A stretch of DNA of 64,000 nucleotides, taken from the NCBI GenBank assembly GCA_034520945.1, contig JAXHNB010000005.1:768001-832000 (forward strand), in the 5' to 3' direction. This document shows, piece by piece, positions 37,403-47,347 of this stretch. The stretch's first letter is position 1. The number at the start of each line of letters is the position of its first letter. The stretch is from Trueperaceae bacterium. Its GTDB lineage: Bacteria > Deinococcota > Deinococci > Deinococcales > Trueperaceae. The position numbers were made by a program, and so were the translations under genes. A model generated the notes under the pieces. It was not told where the DNA came from. It worked only from the letters and a program-made list of their open reading frames with translations, and made no database searches.

Positions 37403-40400
37403 ATGACGACGTTCTCCCTGTTTCGGTCTCGTACCGTCTGGTTTGAGTTCATTCGTGTTGGTCGCTTGTGGTCGGTCTCCCGCGCCGGAATCGTTTCACG
37501 ACAGTCACGCGTTGTCGGTACCGGCTGAGTGCCGACGGCGGTTGAGGCGACCCTGGAGTTCGATCGTGGAGGCGCTGGAGTATCGTGGAGCTGTCGAGTG
37601 GTCGGTATGGCTGTCCGAGGCAGTAGCGTCCTCGCCAGGACGTGTGCGTGTTGGCGGCGATCGCGCCGAGTCACGCCGGGGGCGAGCTGGTCAACGGTGT
37701 ACGTTCCGGGCGCTGGCAATGCGAAGGCGTCACCGCGCAGTATCGGCAGCGTGCGTGCGTTCGACGGTGCAGGCGTGCGTGCTCGGAAGGCGCCGTGAAG
37801 CGGCGTTCGATCACGGTGTCGCTGCGCCGCGCTGAGGGCGCCGGATTGGACGCTGCTGGTGATCTCGCGGCGCAGGCGATTCCCGCCGATCCTGACGTTG
37901 GATGCTTCGTATGCGAACTACGTTCTTGGTGATGTTGATCAGAGTGGCAGTGTCAGCATTGCGGATGCGAGTGCGGTGTTGAACATCGCGACGGCGACGG
38001 CTCCGTTCGATAGTCCTTCCGATGTCCAGCTGTACCTTGCGGACTTGAATGGGAATCGTGCGATTACCGTCAGTGATGCGGTGCTTGTGCTTCAGAACGT
38101 GGTTGACGATGATCTGGATGCGGATTTGGTGGTGAAGCCTGATACGTTGGAGCTTGGCACCAACGATTCGGGTCTGATTCTTGTGGGGAATGCCGGTCGA
38201 TCAGCCGCTGCCTGACTTGACGATCACTTCGCCTGTGGGCATCACGTTGACGCCTCTGGGTCGCGGCGTCGAGGATCACACGGCTGCCTATCAGGTGGAG
38301 CAATCCCAGGACGCCGAGAGCGGTCCCGTGCACATCGATGCCGGCACCGCGGGAAGCGCCTCGGTCGCGTTGTTCGTCGACGACGTGCCCGTCTTCGATC
38401 CGATCCGCATAAATGCGGGCGGAGATGCTCACACCGACGTCGAACGAAAACGACTGGATCGCTGACGACTAGCTACGACGATGAACGCCAATACGACCGC
38501 GTGGCCGCCCGACGGCCCGAAGGACGTCTGACGATCGACAGGTACCGTTGACAACTTCCTGTATCAAACCGAGCGGTTACGGGAGGACTTCTCCTACGCC
38601 GATACCCGTTCCCAATGGCGAGTACGACGTGGTGCTTGCACTTCGCGGAGATCTACCAGTGAATCGTCGGAGGATGAGATCCGAGCGACGACGAGGCTGA
38701 AGGTGCGCGCGTGTTCAGTACCGCCATGGTCGAAGGTGAGCACGGTGCCGTCGAGGACTTCGACCTGTACGCCGGATGTCGGCGCGGATCACGCGCCGTC
38801 CATGAAGGAAACCTTCAGGCCCGCAGTCGACGTTACAGACGGTACGCTCGACATCGACTTCAGCTTCTACCATCGCGAATAACGCCAAGATTTCCGCCAT
38901 CGAGGTGCTGACGGCCGAACCGCAACCCGATCACCTTGGCGCCAGCCCTGGCTCGATCGACTTTGGCCAACAAGAGACCAGCAGCACCACCCAACGAACC
39001 GTCACGCTCACCAACCTCGGCGATACCGGCGACCCCACCATCACGATCGACAGCGTCAGCGCCGACAGCGACTACGACGCCACGCTTGCACGGCGCGGCC
39101 ACCCTCGATCCCGGCGACAGCACCACCGTCGACGTCAGCTTCACGCCCGCCGCCGTCCGGTGCACAGCGCCGGCACGCCTGACCGTCGAACCACAGCGGC
39201 ACCAACGACCCCCTCGAACTCTCCCTCAGTGGCGAAGGGATCGAACCGGCCGCGTTGGTGGGCGAGACCTCGCTCGTCATCACCGAGGAAAGCTCGGACA
39301 TCGAGGCGAGCACCTACAACGGCGGTTCGTTCCAGATCACCAACGTCGGGGACAAGAACATTGCTTCGGCGTCGCTCGATCTGGGTACGACCGTGATGCC
39401 CGACATGGTGTACGACCCAGAAGGAACCGCCGGAGACGATACGGGCAAGGTCTTCACGGCGGACAGCGGCGGCTCAGCGACCGGGCTGGTCGGGGGAAGC
39501 CTGTCCGTTCCGCACGACGGGGACCCCGACGACGGCTACGAGGTGTTGACCATCACGTTCGACGACTTCGAGCCGGGTGAGACGTTCACGTTCTCGGTCG
39601 ACAACGATCCCACCAGCATCAAGGGCGCGACGATCGGCTCGCAGGCCGCCGGGCCGGTGTCGGGACTCGAACTGACGGGGGCGACCTTCACGGTCCAATA
39701 CGCCGATGAAACGGCGCACACGAACCAGGTGTTCGGCGACGGCAGCGTCGGCGGGTCCCAGTCCGTGGCGAACGAGGGCGTGCCAGCCGCGCCCACGATC
39801 GACGCGCAGGGCGTCACCATCCAAGCGACCACGTTCTCGTCCGAGCACACGGCGGCCGCGGTGACGGACAGCAGCCCGACCATCGTGGTCGACGCGCCCG
39901 CAGGGGAGAACATCACCCTCCTGCAGATCGAGGGTGAGCTCGCACTCGATAACGTTCCCGATTCAGATGGGACCCCCGGCTACGACATCGAGGACTTCGA
40001 AGCCAACAAGGCCGTGAACGTCATCTACCACGAGGCCACCGTCGGCTCTGGCGGCACGGTCGACGTGCCGGTCACGCTGACTTCGTCGACCGACGTCGGC
40101 GGGTACAATTACTTCGTGGCCGCCCGTGAGGACGAAGATGGTGCCACGAGCCTCACCTCGAACGTGGTGGTCCTGCAGCTCGTGGAATCGCTCGAACCAC
40201 AGGCGCTCTACCGGGTGAACGCGGGCGGTAAGGAACTCAAGCCCCACGACCCGGTCTGGACGAAGGATACGAGCCTGAACCCGTCGACCTACGTGAACGT
40301 CCCGGAAAGTGGTAACAAGACGTACTCGACGGCCGACACGATTGGCCTGCACGAGTCGGTTCCGGGGGGTACCCCCATGGCGTTGTTCCAGACGGAACGC

Positions 40401-40736
40401 TGGGATCCCTCGAGCGACCCTGATCCGGAGATCGAAATGACGTGGAGTTTCGACCTGGCGTCCGGGGTGGAGTACGAAGTGCGGTTGTACCTGGCCGAGA
40501 TCTACCTGGACGACAAAAACCATGACGCAGAGGGTCCACGCGTGTTCGATGTGGAGGTGGAGGGGTCGGTCCCCGCCGTGTTCGACAGCATCAACCTGTT
40601 CGAGTCGTACGGTCATGACGTGGGTGTCATGCTCTCGACGACGGTGACGCTTGCCGATGACTACCTCGACATCACCTTCCTGCACGGCCAAGAAAACCCC
40701 AACGTGAAGGGCATCGAGATCGTCCGTGTTCCCTGA
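37403..40736 (+). CDS. large lipoprotein: cohesin-like, dockerin, malectin, ASH-like Ig, acidic beta domain, second malectin-like domain (many apparent frameshifts before about 39200)
   Basis: AAGGAG SD, ATG at 37403 and lipobox LVAC; same dockerin duplex; malectin ending [10 protein letters not shown]; clean 493-aa terminal ORF with YRVNAGG...LFQTERW...VRLYLAEIY...RVFDVEVEG...NPNVKGIEI. Confidence 0.62.
37864..38427 (+). repeat. copy 2 of the duplicated dockerin-linker cassette (looser similarity extends over about 37403-38925)
   Basis: Near-identical to 33243-33810. Confidence 0.9.
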
Positions 40737-40954
40737 ACACGTGCGGTGAGCAAGGGCCCATGATGTCCTGTCCGTCGTCGCGACGATTCGCGTGTGCAGT
40801 GCAGTGCCTGGGGGCGAGCCGACCGGCTCGCCCCCTGCACGTACCCTGGCCCCGAAGCCCTGGCGCCGCCCTCTGGTATCCTGAACCAGATTCGGCACGG
40901 GAGGTGACGCCATGCAATCAGCTTGGACACGGCGCGACCGGCGAGACCCACAAG

Positions 40955-41323
40955 ATGACCTTCACCGACGCGGCCGCCGCCAAGGCCGCCGCGCTGCTGG
41001 AAGAACGAAACCAAGAGCAGGCCGCCATCCGCGTGTTCGTCAAGTCCGGCGGATGCAGCGGCTACATGTACGGCATGTCGATCGACGACCGCCGGCTCGA
41101 GGGCGACCAGGAGTTCGAGGACAAGGGCGTCCGCATGGTGGTCGACAAGATGAGCTGGCCGTTGCTGCAGGGCAGCGAGGTGGACTACGTCGAGAACATG
41201 ATGGGCGGCGGGTTCTCCGTGCACAACCCCAACGCCAGCAGCAACTGCGGCTGCGGCAGCAGCTTCCGCACCGACGGCGCCAGCGCGCCCGATGGCGAAG
41301 GCAGCGCCGGCTGCGCCACCTGA
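40955..41323 (+). CDS. erpA: A-type Fe-S cluster carrier (HesB/IscA/ErpA); true start may be ATG 40912 across a +1 error
   Basis: [14 protein letters not shown] and [14 protein letters not shown] motifs; the SD GGAGG precedes an out-of-frame ATG at 40912. Confidence 0.88.
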   Translation: MTFTDAAAAKAAALLEERNQEQAAIRVFVKSGGCSGYMYGMSIDDRRLEGDQEFEDKGVRMVVDKMSWPLLQGSEVDYVENMMGGGFSVHNPNASSNCGCGSSFRTDGASAPDGEGSAGCAT

Positions 41324-41335
41324 GCCACGCGGTTC

Positions 41336-41419
41336 GAGGCCGGCGCGGGCCACGCCCCGCCGGCCTCCTTCAAGACCCCATCGTTCCGGCCCGGACGCGC
41401 GTCCGGGCCGGAACGTTTC
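41336..41419. terminator. two hairpins between convergent erpA and gcvPB, including a perfect 34-bp palindrome
   Basis: GAGGCCGGCG...CGCCGGCCTC (41336-41367) and CGTTCCGGCCCGGACGC|GCGTCCGGGCCGGAACG (41382-41415) followed by TTTC. Confidence 0.65.
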
Positions 41420-41453
41420 GTGCGGGACGACGGGCCGACCGCCTCGCGGCGCG

Positions 41454-42917
41454 TCAGTCCGGCACCTCCTCGTGCGTCTCCGGCGACCAGCGCAGCACCG
41501 GCCGGCGCGCCGCCGCCACCTCGTCCAGCCGCCGGACGGGCGTGTGGTGCGGCGCGCCTGCCAGCGCGTCCGGATCCTCGGCCGCGCGGTCCAGGATGCG
41601 GCCGATCGCCTCGGCGTACGCGTCCAGCGTCTCCAACGACTCGGTCTCGGTCGGCTCCACCATCATCGCCTCCTTGACGATCAACGGGAAGTACACCGTC
41701 ATCGGGTGCATCCCCTCGTCCAGGAGGGCCTTGGCGACGTCCAGCGTGCGTACGCCCGCCGGCGGGCGTGCCACGAACTCGTGCATGCAGGTCCGGTCGT
41801 ACGCCGCCGTGCAGCCGTGTTCCCCCATGCGGACGCGCAGGTAGTTGGCGTTCAGGACCGCCATGTCGGCCACGTTGCGCAGGCCGTCCGCGCCGAGCGA
41901 ACGGATGTAGGCGTAGGCGCGGACCAGGTTGCCGACGTTGCCGTAGAAGCTGCGCATGCGGCCGATCGACCCCGGCCGGTCCTCCTCCAGGCGGTAGCGG
42001 TCCCCCTCGCGGACGATCAGCGGGCGCGGCAGGAACGGCGCCAGGTGGTCGTGCACGCCGATCGGGCCGGTGCCGGGCCCCCCGCCGCCGTGCGGGGTGG
42101 TGAAGGTCTTGTGCAGGTTCAGGTGCACCACGTCGAAGCCCATGTCGCCCGGGCGGGCCTTGCCGACGATGGCGTTCAGGTTGGCGCCGTCGTAGTACAA
42201 CTGCGCGCCGACCGCGTGCGCGGCCTCCGCGATGCGGACGATCTGCGACTCGAAGATGCCGATGGTGCTGGGGTTGGTCAGCATCACCGCCGCCACCTCG
42301 GGGGAGAGCGCCGCCTCGAACGCGCCGACGTCCATCTCCCCGTCCGGGCCCGTCGGCACCTCCACCACCCGGTAGCCCACCATCCCGGCCGTGGCGGGGT
42401 TGGTGCCGTGCGCCGCGTCCGGCACCAGCACGATCCGTCGCTGGGCGTCCTCGCCGCGGGCGCGGTGGTAGGCGCGGATCATCAGGATGCCGGTCAGTTC
42501 GCCGTGCGCGCCGGCGGCGGGTTGCAGGCTCACCTCGTCCATGCCGGTCAGCGTGGCGAGGTCCTGCTTCAACGACCACAACAGGCTCAGCACGCCCTGC
42601 GCGCCCTCGGGGTCCTGGTAGGGGTGCAGGTCGTCGAACAACGCCGCGGCGTCCTCGTGCACCTTGGGGTTGTACTTCATGGTGCAGCTGCCCAGCGGGT
42701 AGACGTTGCCGTCGATCGAGAACTGCCGGTGCGCCAACTGCGTGAAGTGCCGCACCAGGTCCAACTCCGAGACCTCCGGGAGCCGCGGGGGCGCCTCCCG
42801 CAGCGCGTCCGCGCCCAGCAGCGCCTCCATCGAGGGGCCGTCCACCTGCGGGGGGCGCGCGGCGCGGCGACCGGCCCGCGAGCGTTCGAACAGCAGCGGC
42901 GCGTCGTGCTCAGACAC
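41454..42917 (-). CDS. gcvPB: glycine dehydrogenase subunit 2
   Basis: YPLGSCTMKYNP, QPAAGAHGE, AHGTNPAT, YYDGANLNA and HLNLHKTFTTPHGGGGPG motifs. Confidence 0.96.
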   Translation of the reverse strand: MSEHDAPLLFERSRAGRRAARPPQVDGPSMEALLGADALREAPPRLPEVSELDLVRHFTQLAHRQFSIDGNVYPLGSCTMKYNPKVHEDAAALFDDLHPYQDPEGAQGVLSLLWSLKQDLATLTGMDEVSLQPAAGAHGELTGILMIRAYHRARGEDAQRRIVLVPDAAHGTNPATAGMVGYRVVEVPTGPDGEMDVGAFEAALSPEVAAVMLTNPSTIGIFESQIVRIAEAAHAVGAQLYYDGANLNAIVGKARPGDMGFDVVHLNLHKTFTTPHGGGGPGTGPIGVHDHLAPFLPRPLIVREGDRYRLEEDRPGSIGRMRSFYGNVGNLVRAYAYIRSLGADGLRNVADMAVLNANYLRVRMGEHGCTAAYDRTCMHEFVARPPAGVRTLDVAKALLDEGMHPMTVYFPLIVKEAMMVEPTETESLETLDAYAEAIGRILDRAAEDPDALAGAPHHTPVRRLDEVAAARRPVLRWSPETHEEVPD

Positions 42918-44250
42918 CGGAGCGCACCCGCCCTTCCGCCCCCACGGCGTGCAGCGCCGTCACCAGCCGCTCGACGTCGGCGGGCCGGGTCAGCTCGGTG
43001 GCGGCCAGCAGCACGGCGTCGCCCAGGCCGTACTCCGCCCCCAGCGGCACGCCGGCGCGCACGCCTTGGCGGTGCAGGTCGCGACGCACCGTCCGGGGAT
43101 CGTGCGGCACGCGGAGGGGGAACTCCGCGAAGAACGGGCCGCCTCGAACCACGTCGAACCCTTCGCGCGTCAGGCGGTCCGCCAGGGCGTGCGCGTTGCG
43201 GACGGTGCCCTCCGCCATCTCCCGCAGGCCCTGGGGGCCCAGCGCCGCGACGTTCACGGTCGCCATCAACGCCGTCAACTGATGATTCGAGCAGATGTTG
43301 GACTTGGCCTTGCCGCGCCGGATGTGCTGCTCGCGCGCCTGCAGCGTCAACACGAAGCCGCGCCGGCCGTCCACGTCGCGCGTTTCGCCCACCAGCCGTC
43401 CCGGCAGCTGCCGCAGCAGGGCCTCGCGCACCACCATGAACCCGAAGTGCGGCCCGCCGAACTGCAGCGGCACGCCGAGCGGTTGGCCCTCGCCGACCGC
43501 CACGTCCGCGCCTGCTTCGCCGGGCGTACGGAGGACCGCCAGCGAGAGGGGATCCACCACCGCGACCAGCAGGGCGCCGGCCGCGTGGGCCGCCTCGGCG
43601 AGGTCGGCGGTCGCTTCGATCCGACCCAGGTGGTTCGGGTTCTGAACCATCAGGCAGGCCGCCTCGTTCAGGTCGGCGGGCACGGGCGTGGCCAGGCCGT
43701 CCAGGTCGATCACGTCCAGCTGTACCCCAAGCGGCTCCAGGTAGGTGGCGATCACCTCGCGGGTCTCCGGATGCACGCCCCGCGACACCACCACCCGCCC
43801 CCGGCCGGTGGCCCGCAACGCCAGCAGGGCGGCCTCGGCCGCGGCGGTGGCGCCGTCGTACATGCTGGCGTTGGAGACGTCCAGGCCGGTCAGCTCGCTC
43901 ATGATGGTCTGGTACTCGAAGGTGGCCTGCAGCCCCCCCTGCGACACCTCCGGTTGGTACGGCGTGTACGCCGTCACGAACTCGGACTGCGACGCCAAAT
44001 GGCGGGTCACGGCGGGCACGAAGTGCCGTCGTACGCCGCCGCCGAGGAACGAGGGGCTGGCGTGGTCGTCCCGGGCGGCCAGCTGCCGCAGGTGATCCAT
44101 CAGCGCGACTTCGTCCATCGCGCCCGCGAGGTCCAGTTCGGGATCGCGCAACGACGCCGGGATCGACGCGAACAGGGCGTCCACGTCCGCCACCCCGATG
44201 GCCTCCAGGGCGCGACGCACGTCCCCGTCGGTGTGGGGGGTGTAGCGCAC
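42910..44250 (-). CDS. gcvPA: glycine dehydrogenase subunit 1
   Basis: RYTPHT, TAYTPYQPEVSQG, NASMYDGATA, FGGPHFG and QAREQHIRRGKAKSNICSN motifs. Confidence 0.95.
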   Translation of the reverse strand: MRYTPHTDGDVRRALEAIGVADVDALFASIPASLRDPELDLAGAMDEVALMDHLRQLAARDDHASPSFLGGGVRRHFVPAVTRHLASQSEFVTAYTPYQPEVSQGGLQATFEYQTIMSELTGLDVSNASMYDGATAAAEAALLALRATGRGRVVVSRGVHPETREVIATYLEPLGVQLDVIDLDGLATPVPADLNEAACLMVQNPNHLGRIEATADLAEAAHAAGALLVAVVDPLSLAVLRTPGEAGADVAVGEGQPLGVPLQFGGPHFGFMVVREALLRQLPGRLVGETRDVDGRRGFVLTLQAREQHIRRGKAKSNICSNHQLTALMATVNVAALGPQGLREMAEGTVRNAHALADRLTREGFDVVRGGPFFAEFPLRVPHDPRTVRRDLHRQGVRAGVPLGAEYGLGDAVLLAATELTRPADVERLVTALHAVGAEGRVRSGV

Positions 44251-44639
44251 TACGACTCCTCTTCGGCGACGGCGCGGTAGCCGTCCGCGTCCAGCAGCCC
44301 GTCGCGGGCGCCGGGGTCGTCCACCTTCATGCGGAACAGCCAGCCTGCCTCGTAGGGGTCCTCGTTGATGCGTTCGGGGGCCCCCTCGAGGGCGTCGTTG
44401 ACGGCGGTGATCTCGCCGGCGAGCGGCGCGTTGATGTCGCTGGCGGTCTTGACGCTCTCGACGACGGCGACCGGATCGCCGGCGGCGAAGCGGGCCCCCA
44501 CCTCGGGCAGTTCGACGAACACGACGTCGCCGAGCTGATCCTGGGCGAAATCGGTGATGCCGACCGTCACCTGCCCGTCTTGGACGTCGGTGATCCACTC
44601 GTGCGTGGAGGCGTACCTGAGTGCTTCGGGAATGTTCAT
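44250..44639 (-). CDS. gcvH: glycine cleavage system H protein
   Basis: [32 protein letters not shown] (lipoyl Lys) and INEDPY..GW motifs. Confidence 0.96.
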   Translation of the reverse strand: MNIPEALRYASTHEWITDVQDGQVTVGITDFAQDQLGDVVFVELPEVGARFAAGDPVAVVESVKTASDINAPLAGEITAVNDALEGAPERINEDPYEAGWLFRMKVDDPGARDGLLDADGYRAVAEEES

Positions 44640-44703
44640 GCGTCCTCCAGGGACCGGCCGCGCTGCGGCGGGCAGGAATGCGTATTCGCCACGATACCCG
44701 CGT

Positions 44704-45771
44704 TCAGGCGCGGAAGAACGGAATGTCGGAGACGGTCGCGGAGACGTGCTGCCCACGGATCTCGACCCCCACCTCGCGCTCCGGCTCGGCCAGGTCGCTG
44801 CGCACCCAGGCGAAGGCGATGGCGTCCCGCGTCAGCGGTGAAATGGTGCCGCTGGTCACCGCGCCTGCCGGGGCGCCGTCGGCGTCCAGCACCCGGTAGC
44901 CCTGCCGGGCGATCCCGCGCCCCAACACCCGCAGGCCGACCAGCCGGTGCGTGCACGAGGGGGCGTCCCCGAACGCGTCGCGCCCCGCGAACGGTTTGTC
45001 CTTCACCACCCAGGCGAACGGCGTGCAGCGCGGGTCGGTGTCCTCGCCCAGTTCGTGCCCGTACAGCGGAAAGCCCGCCTCCAGTCGCAGGGTGTCCCGC
45101 GCGCCCAACCCGCACGGTTCCGCCCCGGCGTCGGTGACGGCGGTCCATACCGCGACCGCGTCGTCCGGTCGCGTGAACACCTCGAAGCCGTCCTCGCCGG
45201 TGTAGCCGGTTCGGGCCATCCGGACGGGCACGCCGGCCAACTGCGCCGGCCGGGTGTCGTTCTTGCGGAACGACGTCAAATCCTCGTCGACGAGGCGGTC
45301 CAGCGTCAGCGCCGCGCCGGGGCCCTGCACGGCCAATAGCGCCCAGCGGTCGCTGACGTCCTCGACCGTGACGTCCTCGGCGCCGTGCGCCAGCTGCTGG
45401 AGGCGGTCGCGGACGGCCGACCGGTTGGCCGCGTTCGAGACCAGCAGCCAGCCCTGCTCCGCCAGGCGGTACAGGTACCCGTCGTCCACCAGGCCGCCGC
45501 GGTCGTTGGGCACCATGGTGTAGTGCGACCGGCCGACCCGCAGCTTCTTCGCGTCGTTGAGGAGCGCGTAGCGCAGGAACGAACGGGCCCCGTGTCCGTC
45601 GATGCGGAACTCGGCCATGTGGCTCACGTCGAACACGCCGGCGCGCTCCCGGACCGCGAGGTGCTCGTGCGAGATGCCGTAGCGGTACTGCAGGGGCATG
45701 CGGGTTCCGGCGAAGTCGGTCATCCGCGCGCCGAGAGCCTCGTGCGCGGACGTCAACGGTGTCGTCTCCAT
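44704..45771 (-). CDS. gcvT: aminomethyltransferase (glycine cleavage T protein)
   Basis: [22 protein letters not shown] and [13 protein letters not shown] motifs. Confidence 0.96.
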   Translation of the reverse strand: METTPLTSAHEALGARMTDFAGTRMPLQYRYGISHEHLAVRERAGVFDVSHMAEFRIDGHGARSFLRYALLNDAKKLRVGRSHYTMVPNDRGGLVDDGYLYRLAEQGWLLVSNAANRSAVRDRLQQLAHGAEDVTVEDVSDRWALLAVQGPGAALTLDRLVDEDLTSFRKNDTRPAQLAGVPVRMARTGYTGEDGFEVFTRPDDAVAVWTAVTDAGAEPCGLGARDTLRLEAGFPLYGHELGEDTDPRCTPFAWVVKDKPFAGRDAFGDAPSCTHRLVGLRVLGRGIARQGYRVLDADGAPAGAVTSGTISPLTRDAIAFAWVRSDLAEPEREVGVEIRGQHVSATVSDIPFFRA

Positions 45772-45824
45772 GGCCGGCACGCTACCACCCGCCGATTGAG
45801 CGACCCCCCGTGCACCGGGGCGTT

Positions 45825-46415
45825 TCAGGCCTTCTGCGCCAGCTTCTCCAGGACCAAGCGCGACACGGCCCGCAACGGTTCGAACACCCCTTCGAAGCGG
45901 GCGGCCACCGCGTCGAAGCGCGGGACCTTCTCCTCGGGGTCGAGGACCTGACGGACCATGTCGCTGGGCAGCGCGTCGGGCAGGTCGCGCTTGTTGATCT
46001 GCACCACGTGCGGCACGTCGGAGAGGCGCAGATCGTACTCCAACAGGTTCTCGCGCAGGTTGCGCAGGCTCTCCGCGTTGGCGCGCAGACGGTTGGGGGC
46101 GCTGTCGGCGACGAACACGATGCCGTCCACGCCCTTCAGGATCAGCTTGCGCGAGGAGTTGTAGAACACCTGACCGGGGACCGTGTACAGGTGGAAGCGC
46201 GTCTTGAAGCCGTTGACCGTGCCCAGGTCCAGCGGCAGGAAGTCGAAGAACAAGGTCCGTTCGTCCTCGGTGGCGAGGCTGACGAGCTCCCCCTTCGACT
46301 CGCCGGGGACGCGGTCGTAGATCATCTTCAGGTTGGTGGTCTTGCCGGAGAGGCCGGGGCCGTAGTAGACGATCTTGAAGTTGATCTCGCGGGCGCCGAA
46401 GTTGATGGTGCTCAT
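45825..46415 (-). CDS. mglA: MglA small Ras-like GTPase
   Basis: [47 protein letters not shown] and NKRDL motifs. Confidence 0.95.
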   Translation of the reverse strand: MSTINFGAREINFKIVYYGPGLSGKTTNLKMIYDRVPGESKGELVSLATEDERTLFFDFLPLDLGTVNGFKTRFHLYTVPGQVFYNSSRKLILKGVDGIVFVADSAPNRLRANAESLRNLRENLLEYDLRLSDVPHVVQINKRDLPDALPSDMVRQVLDPEEKVPRFDAVAARFEGVFEPLRAVSRLVLEKLAQKA

Positions 46416-46915
46416 ACGTCCCTCGGGCCGAACAGGCCGTCCAGAAGCTTCTCGGTCGACTCGCTCCACTGCTCGTCGAGGTTCAACGCGGGGGCGTCCA
46501 TCTCCCGCAGGGCCGCCAACTCCTCGCGGATGGTGCGCGCGGCGCGATGGGCGTGCACCTTGATCTTGCCGAGGGCGGCGGACGCGTCGAACACGACCAA
46601 CAGCAGCGCGTCGGGACCGAGCTCCTCGACGTAGGTGCCCACATCGCTCCCCTGGTGGACCATCTCCCGAAACCCTTCGTCGCCGAACAGCTTGGCGATC
46701 GCCTCGTTGGCGGAATGATTGGAGGCCACCAACGTCGCCAGCGAATCCAGCGAGGGGGGCTTGGGCGCCCACAACGCCCGCGCGTGCAGCAACACGAACC
46801 CCTTGCGGTCCACCACCAACGCGTAGCGGGCCCGGCTGCGGCCCAGCAGCTCGTCCAGCGTGGCCTCGACGCGGCCGTGCGCCGCGCCGTACAGGTCGAG
46901 GGACGGCTCCAGCAT
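46412..46915 (-). CDS. mglB: MglB roadblock/LC7 GTPase-activating protein
   Basis: [10 protein letters not shown]...SLATLVASN...LAKLFG..F.EMVHQG...LLVVFD pattern; coupled to mglA. Confidence 0.9.
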   Translation of the reverse strand: MLEPSLDLYGAAHGRVEATLDELLGRSRARYALVVDRKGFVLLHARALWAPKPPSLDSLATLVASNHSANEAIAKLFGDEGFREMVHQGSDVGTYVEELGPDALLLVVFDASAALGKIKVHAHRAARTIREELAALREMDAPALNLDEQWSESTEKLLDGLFGPRDV

Positions 46916-47058
46916 GGGCGGAGGATAGCACGAGGGGCCCCGCGGCACGAATGCGAAGTCCCTCACGCCTTGCCTCGTCCCACGCGCTGCGGTACACTCC
47001 GTAGGCTCGAGACCGTGTACCCGCGCGGGGTACGGCCTCGGCGCCGCACGTCCCGCAC

Positions 47059-47135
47059 GGCGATGTAGCTCAGCTGGTTAGAGCGCACGACTCATAATCG
47101 TGAGGTCCGGGGTTCAAGTCCCCGCATCGCTACCA
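47059..47135 (+). tRNA. tRNA with CAT anticodon (probably elongator Met; Ile2 not excluded)
   Basis: Acceptor GGCGATG/CATCGCT, anticodon arm CACGA-CTCATAA-TCGTG, TTCAAGT T-loop, CCA end; lacks initiator features. Confidence 0.93.
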
Positions 47136-47189
47136 CACGGCGCAGGGTGCACGGGCCCTGCGCCACGTTCGTGCCATGGCACCGGGCAT

Positions 47190-47276
47190 TGGTGCCGGGA
47201 ACGGGACTCGAACCCGTACGCCCTTGCGGGCAGCGGATTTTAAGTCCGCAGCGTCTACCGATTCCGCCATCCCGGC
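47190..47276 (-). tRNA. tRNA-Leu(TAA)
   Basis: Acceptor GCCGGGA/TCCCGGC, anticodon arm GCGGA-CTTAAAA-TCCGC, long variable arm, CCA end; 87 nt. Confidence 0.96.
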
Positions 47277-47347
47277 CGGTCGCGATCAGCGTACCAAGCG
47301 GCCACGCGCCCCGGACCGCGCCCCTGGCCGCCTGCGGGGGCGGGGCC

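Larger units (their letters stand above)
30022..40800. other. accessory islet downstream of tRNA-Trp encoding three surface lipoproteins; no integrase seen
   Basis: Visibly lower GC and different codon usage than the flanks; begins at a tRNA 3' end; core genes resume at erpA. Right boundary approximate. Confidence 0.65.

Noticed and set aside
33243..38427. Paired repeats as a diversity-generating retroelement template/variable repeat
   Set aside because: Mismatches are mostly synonymous third-position changes of all types, not adenine-specific, and no reverse transcriptase is present in the window.
30022..40900. Integrative element or prophage inserted at tRNA-Trp
   Set aside because: No integrase, transposase or phage gene, and I could not find a duplicated tRNA 3' end (att site) at the right boundary. 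Called an islet only.
45772..45824. Glycine riboswitch upstream of gcvT
   Set aside because: Only about 50 nt separate mglA from gcvT, a -10 sits 7 nt from the ATG, and no aptamer motifs are present.
45825..46915. mglBA as a novel polarity system
   Set aside because: MglA/MglB homologs are already well known from Myxococcus and Thermus, and nothing here is unusual.
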